DNA from: Anthoceros angustus
Lineage: Eukaryota > Plantae > Anthocerotophyta
Direction: 5' to 3'
Length of the DNA: 64,000 nucleotides
Assembly (NCBI GenBank): GCA_010909165.1
Contig: MU008166.1
Span: forward strand, 744,001 to 808,000
In this document: positions 48,101-62,210 of the stretch, piece by piece
How the letters are laid out: every line of letters starts with the position of its first letter
Position numbering within the stretch: position 1 is the first letter of the stretch
Notes under the pieces: generated by a model
What the model saw: only the letters and a program-made list of their open reading frames with translations
Database searches by the model: none
Told to the model about the DNA's origin: nothing
Program-made: the position numbers and the translations under genes

Positions 48101-50070
48101 GAAGACCCGGAGGTAGAAGCCACCGGGCGTATGGTACTCCTCCGGGAGGCGGTTGGAGGGCCGGAGGCAGGAGGAAGGCCAAGCTCTCGGCGGATTGAGG
48201 AAGGGAAACGCCGGAGGCCGAGAGGAAGTCTGGTCCATTCGCAGGACGGACTAAATTCCTTCAGTGGAGGAGCGGTGAGCGAGCTAAGGAGGCCCAGCGG
48301 GGACCTCTGCTGCGGAGAGGGGTAGCGGAGGCGGAAGAGGCCGGGCGCGAGAGCTCGGGACTGGCGGAGGCGGCACTAGACGAGCCAAGGCTGGAGGCTC
48401 AGTGAAGGTGGCCGGAGGCGGAAGCCACGGCAGCGGCCGCGATCACTATCGGCGTGATCGGGCCGGTGGAGGCGGTGGGGTAGCCGTGCCCGAAGGCCGG
48501 CGGGGCGTGCAGCAAGCAGACGAGCCGTGCGAAACCTGGAGGCCGGCACCGAAATCGGGGACCTCGGTAGTGCAGGAGGTAGAAGGGAGGCGGCGAGGCT
48601 GGAGGACAGGACACCTTGGAGTTACAACTCCAAGGCGTCAGGCGACAAGGGTTCTCAGAGAGTCCAAGACTTGACGGGAGATAGGCGCCTCCGGCTGCAC
48701 GAAGATGGAGGAGGCGGCGGAGCAGCGCGGACCAGCCCGGCCGGGAAGCTCGCGACAAGGAGATGGAGGATCTCGGACTCGGCGTGAGGTGGAGCGGCGG
48801 GGAGATGGAAGACCGCAAGGAGACTTCTTGGCTGACTTCAAACTACCATTGAGAGGAATGGTAGTCTGCGGTCGCGGCACGAGCAGAAATAAGCGGCTCC
48901 ACTGTTGGCGACGGGCGCGATGGAGCAGGGGAGGCGGGGTCGCCGAAATGGAGAAGGACACAGGCGAAGCCGCGATCAGCGAGTTGCCCGGCCAAATGCG
49001 GAGAGGAGATGGCGGAGTTACGGGAATGGACGGAGGCGAAACCTTTGAGGCGGACAAGAAGCTGCTGGTCCGATTGAGGAAGGCGGAAGGGCAGCTGCGT
49101 TATGGCAGTGGTGGCGGAGCAGGCGCAGGAGTTGGAGTGGAGCAACAGCGGCGGTTGCGGGAGGTGGCCGCGCCCTGACCTCGCGTGAGCGGCGGCTCCG
49201 GCTATCAAACTGGCGGGGAGGTGGTCCAACAAGCGGGCGCACGCTCGGCTCCGGAGCACCTATGGCGAAGGGGTATCGGGTGCTCGGGCACCGTGGAAGA
49301 GGCAATTCAACAAGTGGATTCGGACTTTGCCTATTACCACGAGCTCCCAGCGGTAGCCTCGGCTGCTGCAAATAGGCGGACCTGGAAGGCTCGGAGGAAG
49401 AAGGGCATGGGGCGGCCACGGGGACTCTAGTGGCCTGTTTGGAGGCAGCGTGAGGGAAAGAGCCTCAAGAGGAGGCGGGGCCAGACCTCGAGGGAGTTCA
49501 CGCACACTGCTGGAGAAGGGAGGCGGCCTGAAAGGAGGAGCCAACCCGACCCAAGACAAGGGTCGGGTAGGGATGAGGACCTAGCGATCTGAGGTCCACG
49601 GGGGTCGGAGCTTGGGGACGGACCCGTAATATCGGACCACGAGGTCGAACCCGAAGAGCGGACCCAGTGGGACTCGAAAATAAGCGGACTCACAGGTTCG
49701 GACTCGGAGTCGAGGCCGGACCTCGGTCGGACTCGGCGATGGAGGAGCCCCGACTTACGCTAGGGAATGGCGGTGGCCCAGGAGGACCCAGGGAGGCCGA
49801 GGAGGATGGCGTTGTGGCCAGCGGGTCGTCGGACCGCCGTAACGGCGATTCGGGAGAGGAGGGTCCGCCTCACGGATCATCCGATTGGGTGCGCCAACTG
49901 CCGTGACGGGAGATTGGACCACCAATCCCAAGGCGAACCCGGACCTTCCCCCACCGACGAAAGGAGATAGGAGGGGAAATAGGATGGTAGGCGGCCGATT
50001 AGGGTATACCGAAATGGCCATCACCGTAATAGGTGTAATAAAGGCGCCGACTCGTAGAGGGGGCTGCCAA
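42164..50070. mobile_element. Second, probably LTR-type, element nested in the integrase, with degraded coiled-coil ORF remnants on + and internal duplications
   Basis: It starts with TGT exactly after GAATATGCATA (also at 43269 and 53927), whereas the copy at 61730 continues as integrase. No second LTR or TSD was found. Confidence 0.6.
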
Positions 50071-53000
50071 TAAATCATCATCTTCTTGGTATTGATGTCG
50101 CGTTCTTGATCTTCTAGGCCTTGTTGGACTCCTTGTAGTCTTCGTCTTCTTCGCTTTCCTCATTTAATAATCGCTTTTTAGTTCGTATGTACGTAAGTAT
50201 ACTCGGATTTTAATCTCTTTACGCAGACTATCTTTGTCCATGATGGTCCTTCCATCCTTAGCGGACATAAATAGCCTATGTAGCGTTGCTCTTCACCTAC
50301 ATGCCATCTCTGTAAACGCTCATAGAAAATGTTCAAGTCGCTTCACATTGCTCCGCTCACTTCTCCCACACAATGTCAAGTCCCATGATGAAAATTCCGT
50401 CCAAGTGCACTATAATAAACTCTTCTCTTTCTTGTAAAGGTTGAGAAAGTAAGTACCTTGATCACCTTTCTCGGACAAGCCTCACGCCAATTCCGACACA
50501 CCAATTTTACGCGTACGAGGGTGGAATTTCCTATTCCGATACATCCCGATTCAACTCCCCCCAGTTCCTGCTCGCCACCGCCATTCTCTCAGCCTCCTCC
50601 ATGTCGTTGCCAAATCAGCCATGCGAGCAAGCACAAGTGCTTCGAAAAACATCATAGCTACACTACTTCCTGCGTAAGACATTCAAAGAAATGGTTTCGG
50701 ACTCTTCCCTCTTCCTCTCCGGGCGTATAGATAACCCGCAAGGAAACAACATATGCGAAAGGCAATCACTTGTATCTTCCACTCATCCGAGAAATAGCAC
50801 ACAAGATGTACACGACGCCTGAGGCCACTCGGCTTCTCCTCAAGCTCAAGAGGCATTGGGAAAGCATTTTGAAAACCCGATAGTTAGTACCGCCACCGGA
50901 TGCGCAATCGATTCAAAGGCGGGTTTATTCCCCGTGTCGAGCTTGAAACTCTTCGAGGCTCCTCGCATTGGGAGAGGACCGCCTTTTGCCGGGCATATGT
51001 ACCATCGAGGCCGAGGGAGGTTCGTGTCCCAAAGGGCTTGACGCCATGGAGATTGTTTGCGTCGATGTCTTCTGTGCCTTGCCGCTCTTCAGCAGGAGGC
51101 CGAGGACCAGTGGTCGTGCGCTGATGGAGGAAGCTAGAAATCTATAGGATTGGTGCAACACATCACATATCGAGTTATGAGTATAAGTCCTAGAAGTATC
51201 TGGACTATCCCAGAGCGAGGTAGGGTTTCATACTATCGAGAGTATGACAAGGGCATATATATATGTGTGCATAGCACACCATTTTAATGTATCTTGAACT
51301 TGGGACTTACTATTTTCTAACATAGTAATCGCTTTCTAACTGTGTGGGGATGGCATCCGGCCGCCCTCCTCAACAAGTGGATCCGCAGGAGTTGACAGCA
51401 GCCATGATTCGGGCTCACGGACATGTTGGACCAAGTCGCTGGCACTCACGGCTCATGGAGGTGCGACGAGGAAGTGGTGAAGGCTAAATTCGATGAGGAG
51501 GAGGCTAGGGCGAGCAGCTTGGAGGAAGACAAGCGAGCCTTTGGAGGAGGTGAGGATCAAAATCCAGGAGGATTTACGCAAGGCCGGGAGGAGCACATCC
51601 CATGACGAGTCACAGGAATCGCCATGGCTCGATTAAGGATGCCCATGAAGCAACCGGAGGAGATGCCGGGAGAACTGCTGCAGCCCAAGAGCAAGAGGTA
51701 GCCTCTGGAAGGAAGGTTGGCGGCCCGGTACAAGCGAGCAGGGCAGGCCGAGCCGAAGGAGAGGGAAAAGGGAAGAGGAGCAACAGTCCACGACCGAGGT
51801 AGAAGCCACCACCGAATGAAGGAGAGACGATCAGAGTGTAAACCCCTACCATGGTCGTGGAACAAACGACTGTCGTGGAGTCTACTACCGGGGTAGCGGA
51901 AATCTCCACCGACGTTGGAGAACCCACCTCTGAGGCAACCATGAGCGGCGCAGCAGGAGGCGACGTGGCATCCTTCGAGGGCATGGTTCAGGCGGCCAGG
52001 GGGAGCCCACGGGAGGAGGGGGTGAGCACCTCATCTGCAGCAGGAGGCCATATTATGTTGCGGCACATGGATGAGGAATCTTATGTTCCTGGTCTCTATG
52101 TGAATGGGGAACGCGTGCTTAACCTTACTGTCCATGTGCGTGTGGGAATAGGAGGGACTAGGGCTTACCTTCTGCAAGTGAGGACTCGAAGCGGATGGTC
52201 CTTCCACTGTGCCCGGGTATGGGGGTTGATTCCCTGTTATACGGAGGCAGTCTTGAAGGAGCTTACGGAGGAGGAAGCCCGAGCGTGGGTGGAAGAGGGG
52301 CCGATTCTCGAATAGGCAGAAGCAAGGGTGGATGGAGCAGAACAGGACACACCCGCGATTAGGTGCGAGGAGCCCACGCAGTGGGAAGCGAGGTGGAGAT
52401 TTTATGGGAGGATTTACCGACTAGCGACGAGGAAGGAGGGTCCATGGATTCGGCAGAGAACGAAGGGCGGCACTGTGATCGGAGGCGGAGATAACGTGAG
52501 AGTGAGCAGTGGCATCCTAGGAATAGAACTTTGGATAGGATTAGGTAGGATGCCATCCCGGACCTAAGGTCAGTCTGGAAATTGTAGGGCGCCTTCTGCT
52601 CAAATTGCTTTTAGGACCTGGATATTCTCGGTGGGCTATGACGCCCACCGTTGTATAAAGGGCTTGGCTGTGCCTCACATCGAGATAATTCTCGGTTGAG
52701 ATCCCCACGCATATCGGTTGAGACGGGATCGGCTGAGGTGGTGCGCGAGACACTCCTATGGGTGGTCGAGAGTTGCTCCGCAACCGGTGGGGAAGGGTGA
52801 TAGAGCGCTCCGACAACGGAGGAGGAAATCGAGGGATTGGCGCGGGCGGTCGGAGCTTGCTTGTAACGCCTGGCCAGACGCCCGAGAATTCTTCTTTCCT
52901 TACCCTTGCCCGTTGGTTGTGTTCCAAAATTAAGAGAGTGTGTGTGTATGGGTGGGCATCATGTAAAGTTTGAGGTGCTATGAAGCGTTTGATCAAAGTT

Positions 53001-53289
53001 TAGTGCTTTACTAATTGATACAATTGATTAAAAGAGGTGGGCTTTTATAGCCTATGTATGAAGAGTTGTACCTCTTCAAGACAAGATACCAAAGGGTATG
53101 ACGGGTTGTTAAGCTAGCCATAACCAACGCGGTCTGCATTTAACTCTCCCTCTCGACTAGTTGGGTTATCTAAATCAAAGAACTAATAGTCATTTGTCAC
53201 CGGAGTATTGTATAGAGTTCACGGAATCGGTAGAAATATTTGAGTTCCTCGAATCGCAAAGATCCCCTGACCTTCGAGGCAACAACAAG

Positions 53290-53926
53290 ATGCTCGCATT
53301 ATTCGTGATCCATTTGTCCGCCAGACTTTTATATCAAGCGGGACCGGATGGAAGAGAAAGCTTGTGGGTAATAGATGCATGATTCCTCGCGTGTTGTCTC
53401 GCTTGCACGACGGAGAAGCCGGAGGACATTTCAGCACACATCACTTGCAGGAAAATTCTTGAAACAGGTATTGGTGGCCGAGCATGCATCAGATGCCGGA
53501 GTTTGTGAACGTTAGACGCCCGCCACTTATAAACCTCGCCACAACCCAATGGCCATTGGTCCCAATCTCGCACGGCCCCATTCGAAAATGGGGCATAGAC
53601 TTTGTTGGCCCCATCCACCCAAGACGAGGAGCCGCCAAAATCAAGACATCCCGGTTGCCACCGACTATTGCACGCAGATGGTGGAGGCGCAGGCTCCGTG
53701 ACACGACATCATGTTGTGGCCAGTTTGTCTATGAGCGATTATTGCCCGCCACGGATGCCCCTAGAGCTTGTCAGGGGGTCGCACTTGTAAATGAGGTCAT
53801 TTCTCATGATGGTCTACTTCAACGCCGCCACAGGAAAATAACTCCTTATAATCCGGGCCAACGGGTTGAGAGGGCAAACGGGCTCTTATGCAGGATCCCG
53901 AACAAACTTACGGTGGAATATGCATA
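53290..53926 (+). pseudogene. Gypsy integrase, 5' half, interrupted (copy 2)
   Basis: QWPLVPI..GPIRKWGIDFVGPI and KITPYNP...ERANGLLC in ORF 53484-53954. Confidence 0.9.
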
Positions 53927-56900
53927 TGTAAGCACTTCCTTGGGGAAGAAATAAGTAGGGTTTTGTTTTTTCAGAGGATCGGAGGATAAATAAGGCGGAA
54001 AAGGAGGAATAAGCATGGATAGCACTGACCGACTCGGAGTATACTCGGACTCGAGTGGGCAACGACTCGACCTACTATGGCGTGCACCGACTACGCCGGT
54101 AACGGATAAGTCCGGACCCCACTCCGAGTCAAAACAGGATAAGTACGCCAGGGAAAGTAACTTAGAAGTTGAGTCGTGAGGACAGACTAGGCGGCGCCAC
54201 GTGGACGGCCCCGAGTGGAGGTCGGCATGCAGCAGCCAGACTGAGCCTGCCGCAGGCAGTATTCACGCCCGCGGACGCGCGCGGGCCGGAGTACGCGCGT
54301 AAGCAGTGTAAGCGGAGGCGTAAGGTCAATAAGCCATGCACCGCGCTACGGACAGGAAGAGGCGCCCCGCGTTACTCCCAAAGGCGCGTCAAGGAAGGTC
54401 ATTACCGCAGCCGAGACACCTCGCTTTCTGCGCCCGCAACCCGGCTCGGCGCTATCTCTTTGAGCGCCCAAGCACCTTCGAGCGTGGTTCACTGGGTTGA
54501 GCAACGCGGGCGCGAGGAGGGCGATCGCTGAACTCCTCGCCAGCCACAGAACAAGGGGAGACGGCGATGGCACCCAAAAGCTCATGGAGGTTTGGGAGCC
54601 ATGGAACCTCGTGAGCGCAACATTGTGACCCGCGCTATCCGGACTTTGGGCCCGGAGGAAGCGGAGAATTAGTGAGGAGTGGCACTGGATGTGTTCCAGG
54701 TCTCGACGCTCGACTCCCGTCCGGAGTTCGCCCAAGATGTTGGCGGCGGTCAACAAGGAGGTTCGGTCCAAGAACCTCCGGAGGACCCGAGGCGATGGAC
54801 CTTGAGGTCCCGAGGCGCCTACAACCGCCCAAAGGAGGAAGAAGGGGTGTGGTGCCGAGCCCCTCAAGGCGGGAAGATAGGGCCGCCGCGATGCGCCGAG
54901 GCTCGAACGCAGAGGACCACCAACGGCTGGTTGATATCCGACCGCCGACACCGAGTAAGGCGGTAGCCGGATCATTGTCCATTGAACTCGCCACCAAGGT
55001 GGATCACCTTGGTGATAACCGCTGGTATTCTCGCATGCGCCGCTGGGGAAGAGGGCGGACTGGGAAGGATTATCTTCGCCTCGGCTCAGAGGCCCGCAAG
55101 CTAAGGAGCGAGAGCCTCACTGGGCCGCCCCATACCGATCCATGTATGGGGACATTTCGAGCCTCAAGGAGGGAGAGCTGAGGGCGCCCAAAGGACCGAG
55201 GCCCCGCCAAGTGGAGCGTGCAAGGGCGCCGAGGTGGGGGCCGACCTCAAGGCCAAACGGACCCGGAGGAGGACGATCGAGGGAATTCGACTCCATACGT
55301 CTGAACGGACCCCTCACCACCTGTGGAAGTATGGGAGGAACCCCGCTTCCCTCCTCCCGGTCACCGAGCACAAGGAGAAGAGGCCGACCCAATAGCCCAC
55401 CACTACCCACAACCACACCGGAGCTCACGGACCGGGGAACCAAGAGACGCAAGATCCACAACGCAAAGACCTCGTGACGGTGCCAAGACTTACCCCGCCT
55501 ACCTGAGTGGCAAGAAGTGAAGAGGCGGTAAGGAGGCGTAGGGACGCCGCCCAAGGAGCAGGAGGTCACCGCGCAGCACTGAGCCGGCCCCTGCCTCCGG
55601 CTGTGAAGAGGCAAAAGGGCTTGCTCCTGACCCCTCACCTCCTCCGAGCCCCGTGAGAAAAAGGGCGAGAAGGAGCTCGCGCCAAAGGGCCAAGGAGGGT
55701 GAAGCTCCTGAGTCAAAGACTCGTGACCTAAGGGTCCCGATTAGGTCCGAGAACCCACCGACTTACTCCGGACTGTATGGAGGTCCTCATGATCATGGAC
55801 CCGCCTCCCACTACGGACTTTGTGGGAGCCTCACGGCCGTGGAAGAAACACGGCTTGCCACCATGGAGGATGCTTTGGGGTCTCTGGCCGAGAAGACCCA
55901 GGAGGTAGAAGCCACCCGAGGCATGGTACTCCTCCAGTGAGCAGCTGGAGGGGCCCAGGAGGCAAGGAGGAAGGCCAAGCTCGGCCGAATTGAGGAAGGG
56001 GAAACGGGAGGCCGAGAGGAAGTCCGTCCATTCGCAAGGACCGACTAAATTCCTTCACCGGAGGAGCTGGTGCTAAGGAGGCCCAAGCGCGGCCGAGGAC
56101 CTCCGCAGTGAGAGGGTAGCGCAGAGGCTAAGAGGCCCCGGCAAGCGAGAGGGCTCGGACCGGTGGAGGAGGCGGCCCGACCAGACCAGCCAAGTCGAGA
56201 AGCCTGTGAAGGTGGCCAAGGAGGAGGCGGAAGCCACGCAAGAGCGACCGCGATCACCATCGGCGTGATCGAACCGGTGGAGGAGGCGCAGCCACGGCCA
56301 ATCAAGACCGAGAAAAGAAGAAAGCACTGACGAGCTGCAGAACACCGGAGGCCAAGACCCGGAAATCGGGACCTGGCGCAGCAGGAGGTAGAAGGGAAGC
56401 GGCAGGAGCTGGAGGACAGCAAGGACACCTTGGAGTTACAACTCCAAGACGCGTCGGAGAAGCAGGGGGTTCTCAACGAGAGAGTCCAAGACTTCGAGCG
56501 GGAGATAGAGCGCCTCCAGCTCTGCCTGAAGATGGAGCAGGAGGCGGCGGAGCAAGCGCAGACCAGCCAGGCCCAGGAAGCTCGTGACAAGGAGATGGAG
56601 GATCTCCGGACTCAGCTCCGTGAGGTGGAGCAAAGAAGGAGATGGAAGACCGCAAGGAGACCTTGAGTCAGCCCAAACTACCATTGAGAGGAATGGTCCG
56701 CAGGCGTGGTCGATCAGAACGAGAAATAGAGCGGCTCCAGCTGGCGACGAGGCAGACGCTGGATGGGAGCGTGACGCCGAAATGGAGAAGGACTCAAGGC
56801 CCGCAGAGCTGCCCGACCGTCTGGAGAGGGAGATGGCGAGTTAATGAATGGAATGGAGAAGCGAGAGCACCGGAAGTGCATAAGAAGCCAGTCCGCTTGA

Positions 56901-57900
56901 GAAAGAAGTGAAGGGGAACGCCGCTATGGCCGGTAAGTCAGCGGAGCGAAGCGACGGAGTTGGAGTTGGTGGAGCAATGCATGGTGACCGAGGCGCCTGA
57001 GCTCAATGCCCGGCCCGCTATCAAACCCGGCAGGGAGGTGGTCCAACAGCCGCAAAGACGCCTCCCGAGCACCTATGGCGAAGGGAGTATCGGTGCTCGG
57101 GCACGTGGAAGAGGCAATCCAACAAGTGGATTCGGACTTTGCCTATTACCACGCCGAGCCCCTGAGGCCTCCCGCCACCACGCAGGGGACCGGAAGGCTT
57201 AAGGGCATGGGGACAAGACGGGACTCTAGTGGCCCCTGCTTGGAGACCACTGGGGAGAAGAGCCTCAAGAGGAGCGAGACGCAACGGACCCTGTGGTAAG
57301 TTCACCGCAACCCGCCGGGAGAAGGGGTGACGGCCCCAAAGGGGCGCAGGAGGAGCCAACCCGACCCAAGACAAGGGTCGGGGTAGGGATGAGGACCTAG
57401 CAAGACGAGGTCCATAAGGGGTCCGAGCTTGGGGACCGGACTGAACACCGAGGTCCGAACCTCAGACGAGGCCGACCCACAGACGGGACTCAGAAATAAG
57501 ACTGACTCGGAGTTCAGATCGGAGACCGACCTCGAGGTCCGGACCAAAAGAAGGAGGAGCCCCTCTCGACTTACGCTTAGGGGAGCAGATAGCGGTGGCC
57601 CCACCGGGGGACCCACGGGAGGCGAGGAGGATGACGTGGTAACGGGCGCCGACCGCCGAGCCAACCCGATGTGATTCCGGGAGAAAGGAGGGGTCCCGCC
57701 ACGGATCATCCGATTGCGCGCCCGCAACTGTGACGGGAGATTGGACCACCAATCCCAAGGCGGAACCGGACCTTCCCACCCCACCGACGAAGGAGATAGG
57801 AGGGGAAATAGGATGGTAGGCGATTAGTATACGAAATGCCATCACCGTAATAGGGGTGTAATAAAGGCGCCGACTTGGGCGTAGTATAAGAGGGTCACGC
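53927..57900. mobile_element. Second copy of the nested element
   Basis: Colinear with 42164-50070 but without the internal duplications. Confidence 0.6.
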
Positions 57901-60900
57901 CTCAATAAATCATCTTTCTTGGTATTGATGTCGTTCTTGATCTTCGGCGAGCCTTGTTGGACTCCTTGTAGTCTTCGCCTTCTTCTCCGCTTTCCTCATT
58001 TAATAACCGCTTTAGTTCGGATGTACGTAAGTATACTCGGATTTTAATCTCTTTTACGCAAAGACTATCTTTGTCCATGATGGTCCTTCCATCCTTAGCG
58101 GACATAAATAGCCTATGTAGCTGCCTTCACCTACATGCCATCTACGTAAACGCTCATAGAAAACACGCCCAAGTCGCTTCACATTGCTCCGCCACTTCTC
58201 CCACACAATGCCGAAGTCCCATGATGAAAAATTCGCCCAAGTGCACTATAATAAACTCTTCTTTCTTGTAAAGGTTGAGAAAGTAAGTACCTTGATCACC
58301 TTTCTCGACAAGCCTCACGCCAATTCGACACACCAATTTTACGCGAGGGTGGAATTTCCTATTCGATACATCCGATTCAACTCCCCACGCCTCGCCGCCA
58401 CCGCCATTCTCCCTCCTCCATGTCGTTGCTAAATCAGCTAGCAAGCACAAGTGCTTCAAAACATCATAGCTACACTACTTCCGTAAGACATTCAAAGAAA
58501 TGGTTTCAGACTCTTCCTCTTCCCTCTCCAAAGGTATAGATAACGCAAGGGAAACAACATATGCGAAAGGCAATCGCCTTGTATCTTCCACTCATCCGAG
58601 AAATAGCACACAAGATGTACACGACGCCTGAGGCCACTCGGCTTCTCAAGCTCAAGAGGCATTGGGAAAGCATTTTGAAAACCCGATAGTTAGTACTACC
58701 GGATGCGCAATCGATTCAAGGTGAAGTTTATTCCCGTGGTCGAGCTTGAAACTCTTCGAGGCTCCTCGATTGGGAGAGGACTGCCTTTTGCCGCATATGT
58801 ACCATCGAGGCCGAGGGAGGTTCGTGGTCCCAAAGGGCTTGACGCCATGGAGATTGTTTGCGGCCGATGTCTTCTGCCTTGCCGCTTCGTGCAGGAGGCC
58901 GAGGACCAGCGGTGGTGCGCACTGATGGAGGAACTGCTTAGAAATCTATAGGATTGGTGCAACACATCACATATCGAAGTTATGAGTATAAGTCCTAGAA
59001 GTATACAGGACTATCCCAGAGCGAGGTAGGGTTTCATACTATCGAGAGTATGACAAGGGCAAAGGTTATATATGTGTGCATAGCACACCATTTTAATGTA
59101 ATCGAACTTGGGACTTACTATTTTCTAACATAGTACTGCTTTCTAACTTTAACTGGGGGATGGCATCCGGCCCCTCCTCAACAAGTGGATCCGCAGGAGT
59201 TGACAGCCCATGATTCGGGCTCACGGACATGTTGGACCAAGTCCGCTGGCACTCACCGGCTCCGTATGGAGGTGCGGTCGAGGAAGTGGTGAAGGCTAAA
59301 TCTGATGAGGAGGAGGCTAGGCGACAGTTGGAGGAAGACAAGGTGCACCGGAGGAGGTGAGGATCAAAATCCAGGAGGATTTACGCAAGGCCCGGAGGAG
59401 TTACACCATGACGAGTCACAGGAATCGCCATGGCTCGATGGGACATGATGCCCATGAAGCAAATCAGAGATGCTGGAGAACTGTGCCCAAGAGCAAGAGG
59501 TAGCCTGCGGGAGAAGGTCCGTTGGCAGCCCGACAAGCGGAACGTAGACGAGGCGGGGCCGAGCCGAAGGAGAGGGGAAAGGAAGAGGAGCAGTTCACGA
59601 CCGAGGTAGTAGAAGCCACTAATGGAATGAAGGGAGAGACGACCGCAGAGCAAACCCCTACCATGGTCGTGGAACAAACGACCGCCGTGGAGTCTACTAC
59701 AGCGGAAATCCCCACCGACGTTGGAGAACCCGCCTGAGGCAACCATGAGCGCAAGAGGAGGCAACGTGGCATCCTTCGAAGGCATGGTTCATGCGGTGGG
59801 TAGTCCACGGGAGGAGGGGGTAAGCACCTCATCTGCAGCAGGAGGCCATATTATGTTGCGGCACATGGATGAGGGATCTTATGTTCCTGGTCTCTATGTG
59901 AATGGGGAACGCGTGCTTAACCTTACTGTCCATGTGCGTGTGGGAATAGGAGGGACCAGGGCTTACCTTTTGCAAGTGAGGACTCGAAGTGGATGGTTCT
60001 TCCACTGCTTTCTATGGGACTCGCTTAGACTGAGGCGCCTTGAAGGAGCTTACTGGAGGAGGAAGCCCGGCATGGTGGAAGAGGGGCCAGATCGATTAAC
60101 AGCAAGCAAGGGTGGATGGAGCTCAGAACAGGACACACCCGCGATTAGGTGCGAGGAGCTCACCAAAGGGGAAGCGAGGTGGAGATTTTATGGGAGGATT
60201 TACCGACTAGCGACGAGGAAGGAGGGTCCATGGATTCGGCAGCAGAGAACTAAGGGCCAAAGCACTGTGACGGAGGAGGGCGGAGATAACGAGACAGGGA
60301 GTAGTGGCATCCTAGGAATAGAACTTTGATAGGATTAGGTAGGATGCCATCCTCGGACCTAAGGCCGTCCGAAATTGTAGCGCCTGCTCAAATGCTTTTA
60401 GGACTGGATATTCGTGGGCTATGACGCCCCACTGTATAAAGGGGCTTGTGCCTCACATCGATACCCTCGGTTGAGATCCCCACGCCGCGTGGCTGGTTGG
60501 AGACGGCCGATCGACGGAGGTGGTGTGCGCGAGACACTCCTATGGGTGGTCGAGAGCTTGCTCGCAACCGGTGGGGAAGGGTGATAGAGTTCCTCACGAC
60601 AACGGAGGAGGAAATCGAGGATTGGCGCGGGTCTGGAGCTTGCTTGTAACGCCGTGACGCCCGAGAATTCTTCTTTCCTTACCCTTTGCCTGGTTGTGTT
60701 CCAAAATTAAGAGAGTGTGTGTGTATGGGTGGAATGCGGCAAAGTTTGAGGTGCTTATGAAGCGCTTGATCAAAGTTTAGTGCTTTACTAATTGATACAA
60801 TTGATTAAAAGAGGTGGGCTTTTATAGCCTATGTATGAAGAGTTGTACCTCTTCAAGACAAGATACCAAAGGGTATGACCACACTGGGTTGCTTTTAGCC

Positions 60901-61069
60901 ATAACCAACGCGGGTCCATTTCTAACTCTCCCTCTCGACTAGTTGGGTTATCTAAATCAAAGAACTAATAGTCATTTGTCATGGAGTATTGTATAGAGTT
61001 CCCGAATCGGTAAATATTTGAGTTCCTCGAATCGGGCAAGATCCCCTGACCTTTCGAGGCAACAACAAG

Positions 61070-62210
61070 ATGCCTTCGCATTATTCGCATCCATTTGTCC
61101 GCCATGTAGACAAATTATATCAAGCGGGACCGGATGGAAGAGAAAGCTTGTGGGTAATAGATGCAGATTCCTCGTGTTGTCTCGCTTGCACGATTTTGAG
61201 AAGCCGAGGACATTTCACGCACACATCACTTGCGTGGAAAATTCTTGAAACAGGTATTGGTGGCCGAGCATGCATCAGATGCTGGAGTTTGTGAAACGTA
61301 GACGCGGCCACGGGTTGGCAAACCTCCGCCACAACCCAATGGCCATTGGTCCCAATCTCGCACCGGCCCCATTCGAAAATGGGGCATAGACTTTGTTGGC
61401 CCCATCCAGCCCAAGACGAGGAGCCGCCAAAATCAGTACATCCTGGTTGCCACCGACTATTGCACGCGTATGGTGGAGGCGCAGGCCCTCCAGGTCGACA
61501 CAGCTCATGTTGTGGCCAGGTTTGTCTATGAGCAGATTATTGCCCGCTACGGATGCCCCCTAGAGCTTGTCAGCGACAGGGGGTCGCACTTTGTAAATGA
61601 GGTCATTTCTCATATGACGGTCTACTTCAACGTACCATGTGAAAATAACTCCTTATAATCCGAAGGCCAACGGGTTGACGGAGAGGGCAAACGGGCTCTT
61701 ATGCAGGATCCTGAACAAACTTACGGTGGAATATGCATACGATTGGGATCTCAAGCTCCACTCGGCACTTTGGGCATACAGGACTGCGGAAAAAATAACG
61801 ACTCAGCAAACACCGTACTACCTCACCCCACGACTACTCTGAATGCTCGCTGAATTTGAAATTCCTACCCTGCGCATCCAGGAATCTAACCGCATGAACG
61901 TTGAGGAAAGCCAACTGAACGCCTTGTCACCGCCAAACACATGTAGGATAGAATGCGTTGTCATGCGAAGCGAACGAAGGCATGGCATGACAACCGGTTG
62001 CGGAAACAAGAGTGGGTGGTACATGGTGACTTGGCCCTACTATATGACAATAGATATATGCACTTTCCCGGCAAGCTTCACCTTCGATGGATGGGACCAT
62101 ATAAAGTCCTAGAAGTCTTCGCAAATGGCTCCATACAGCTCCAACAGTTAAACGGGCCGCCCCTACCAACCAGGGTCAACGGTTGGAGGGTCAAGAAATA
62201 CTACACCTAA
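61070..62210 (+). pseudogene. Gypsy (non-chromovirus, Athila/Tat-like) integrase, full length but frameshifted
   Basis: GIDFVGP, LVSDRGSHFVNE, TPYNPKANGLTERAN, WDLKLHSALWAYRT, GKLHLRWMGPYKV, VNGWRVKKYY. No chromodomain. Confidence 0.92.

Noticed and set aside
42463-49970. Dozens of G/R/P-rich ORFs on both strands
   Set aside because: They are frameshift and antisense products of degraded GC-rich retroelement ORFs, not independent genes.
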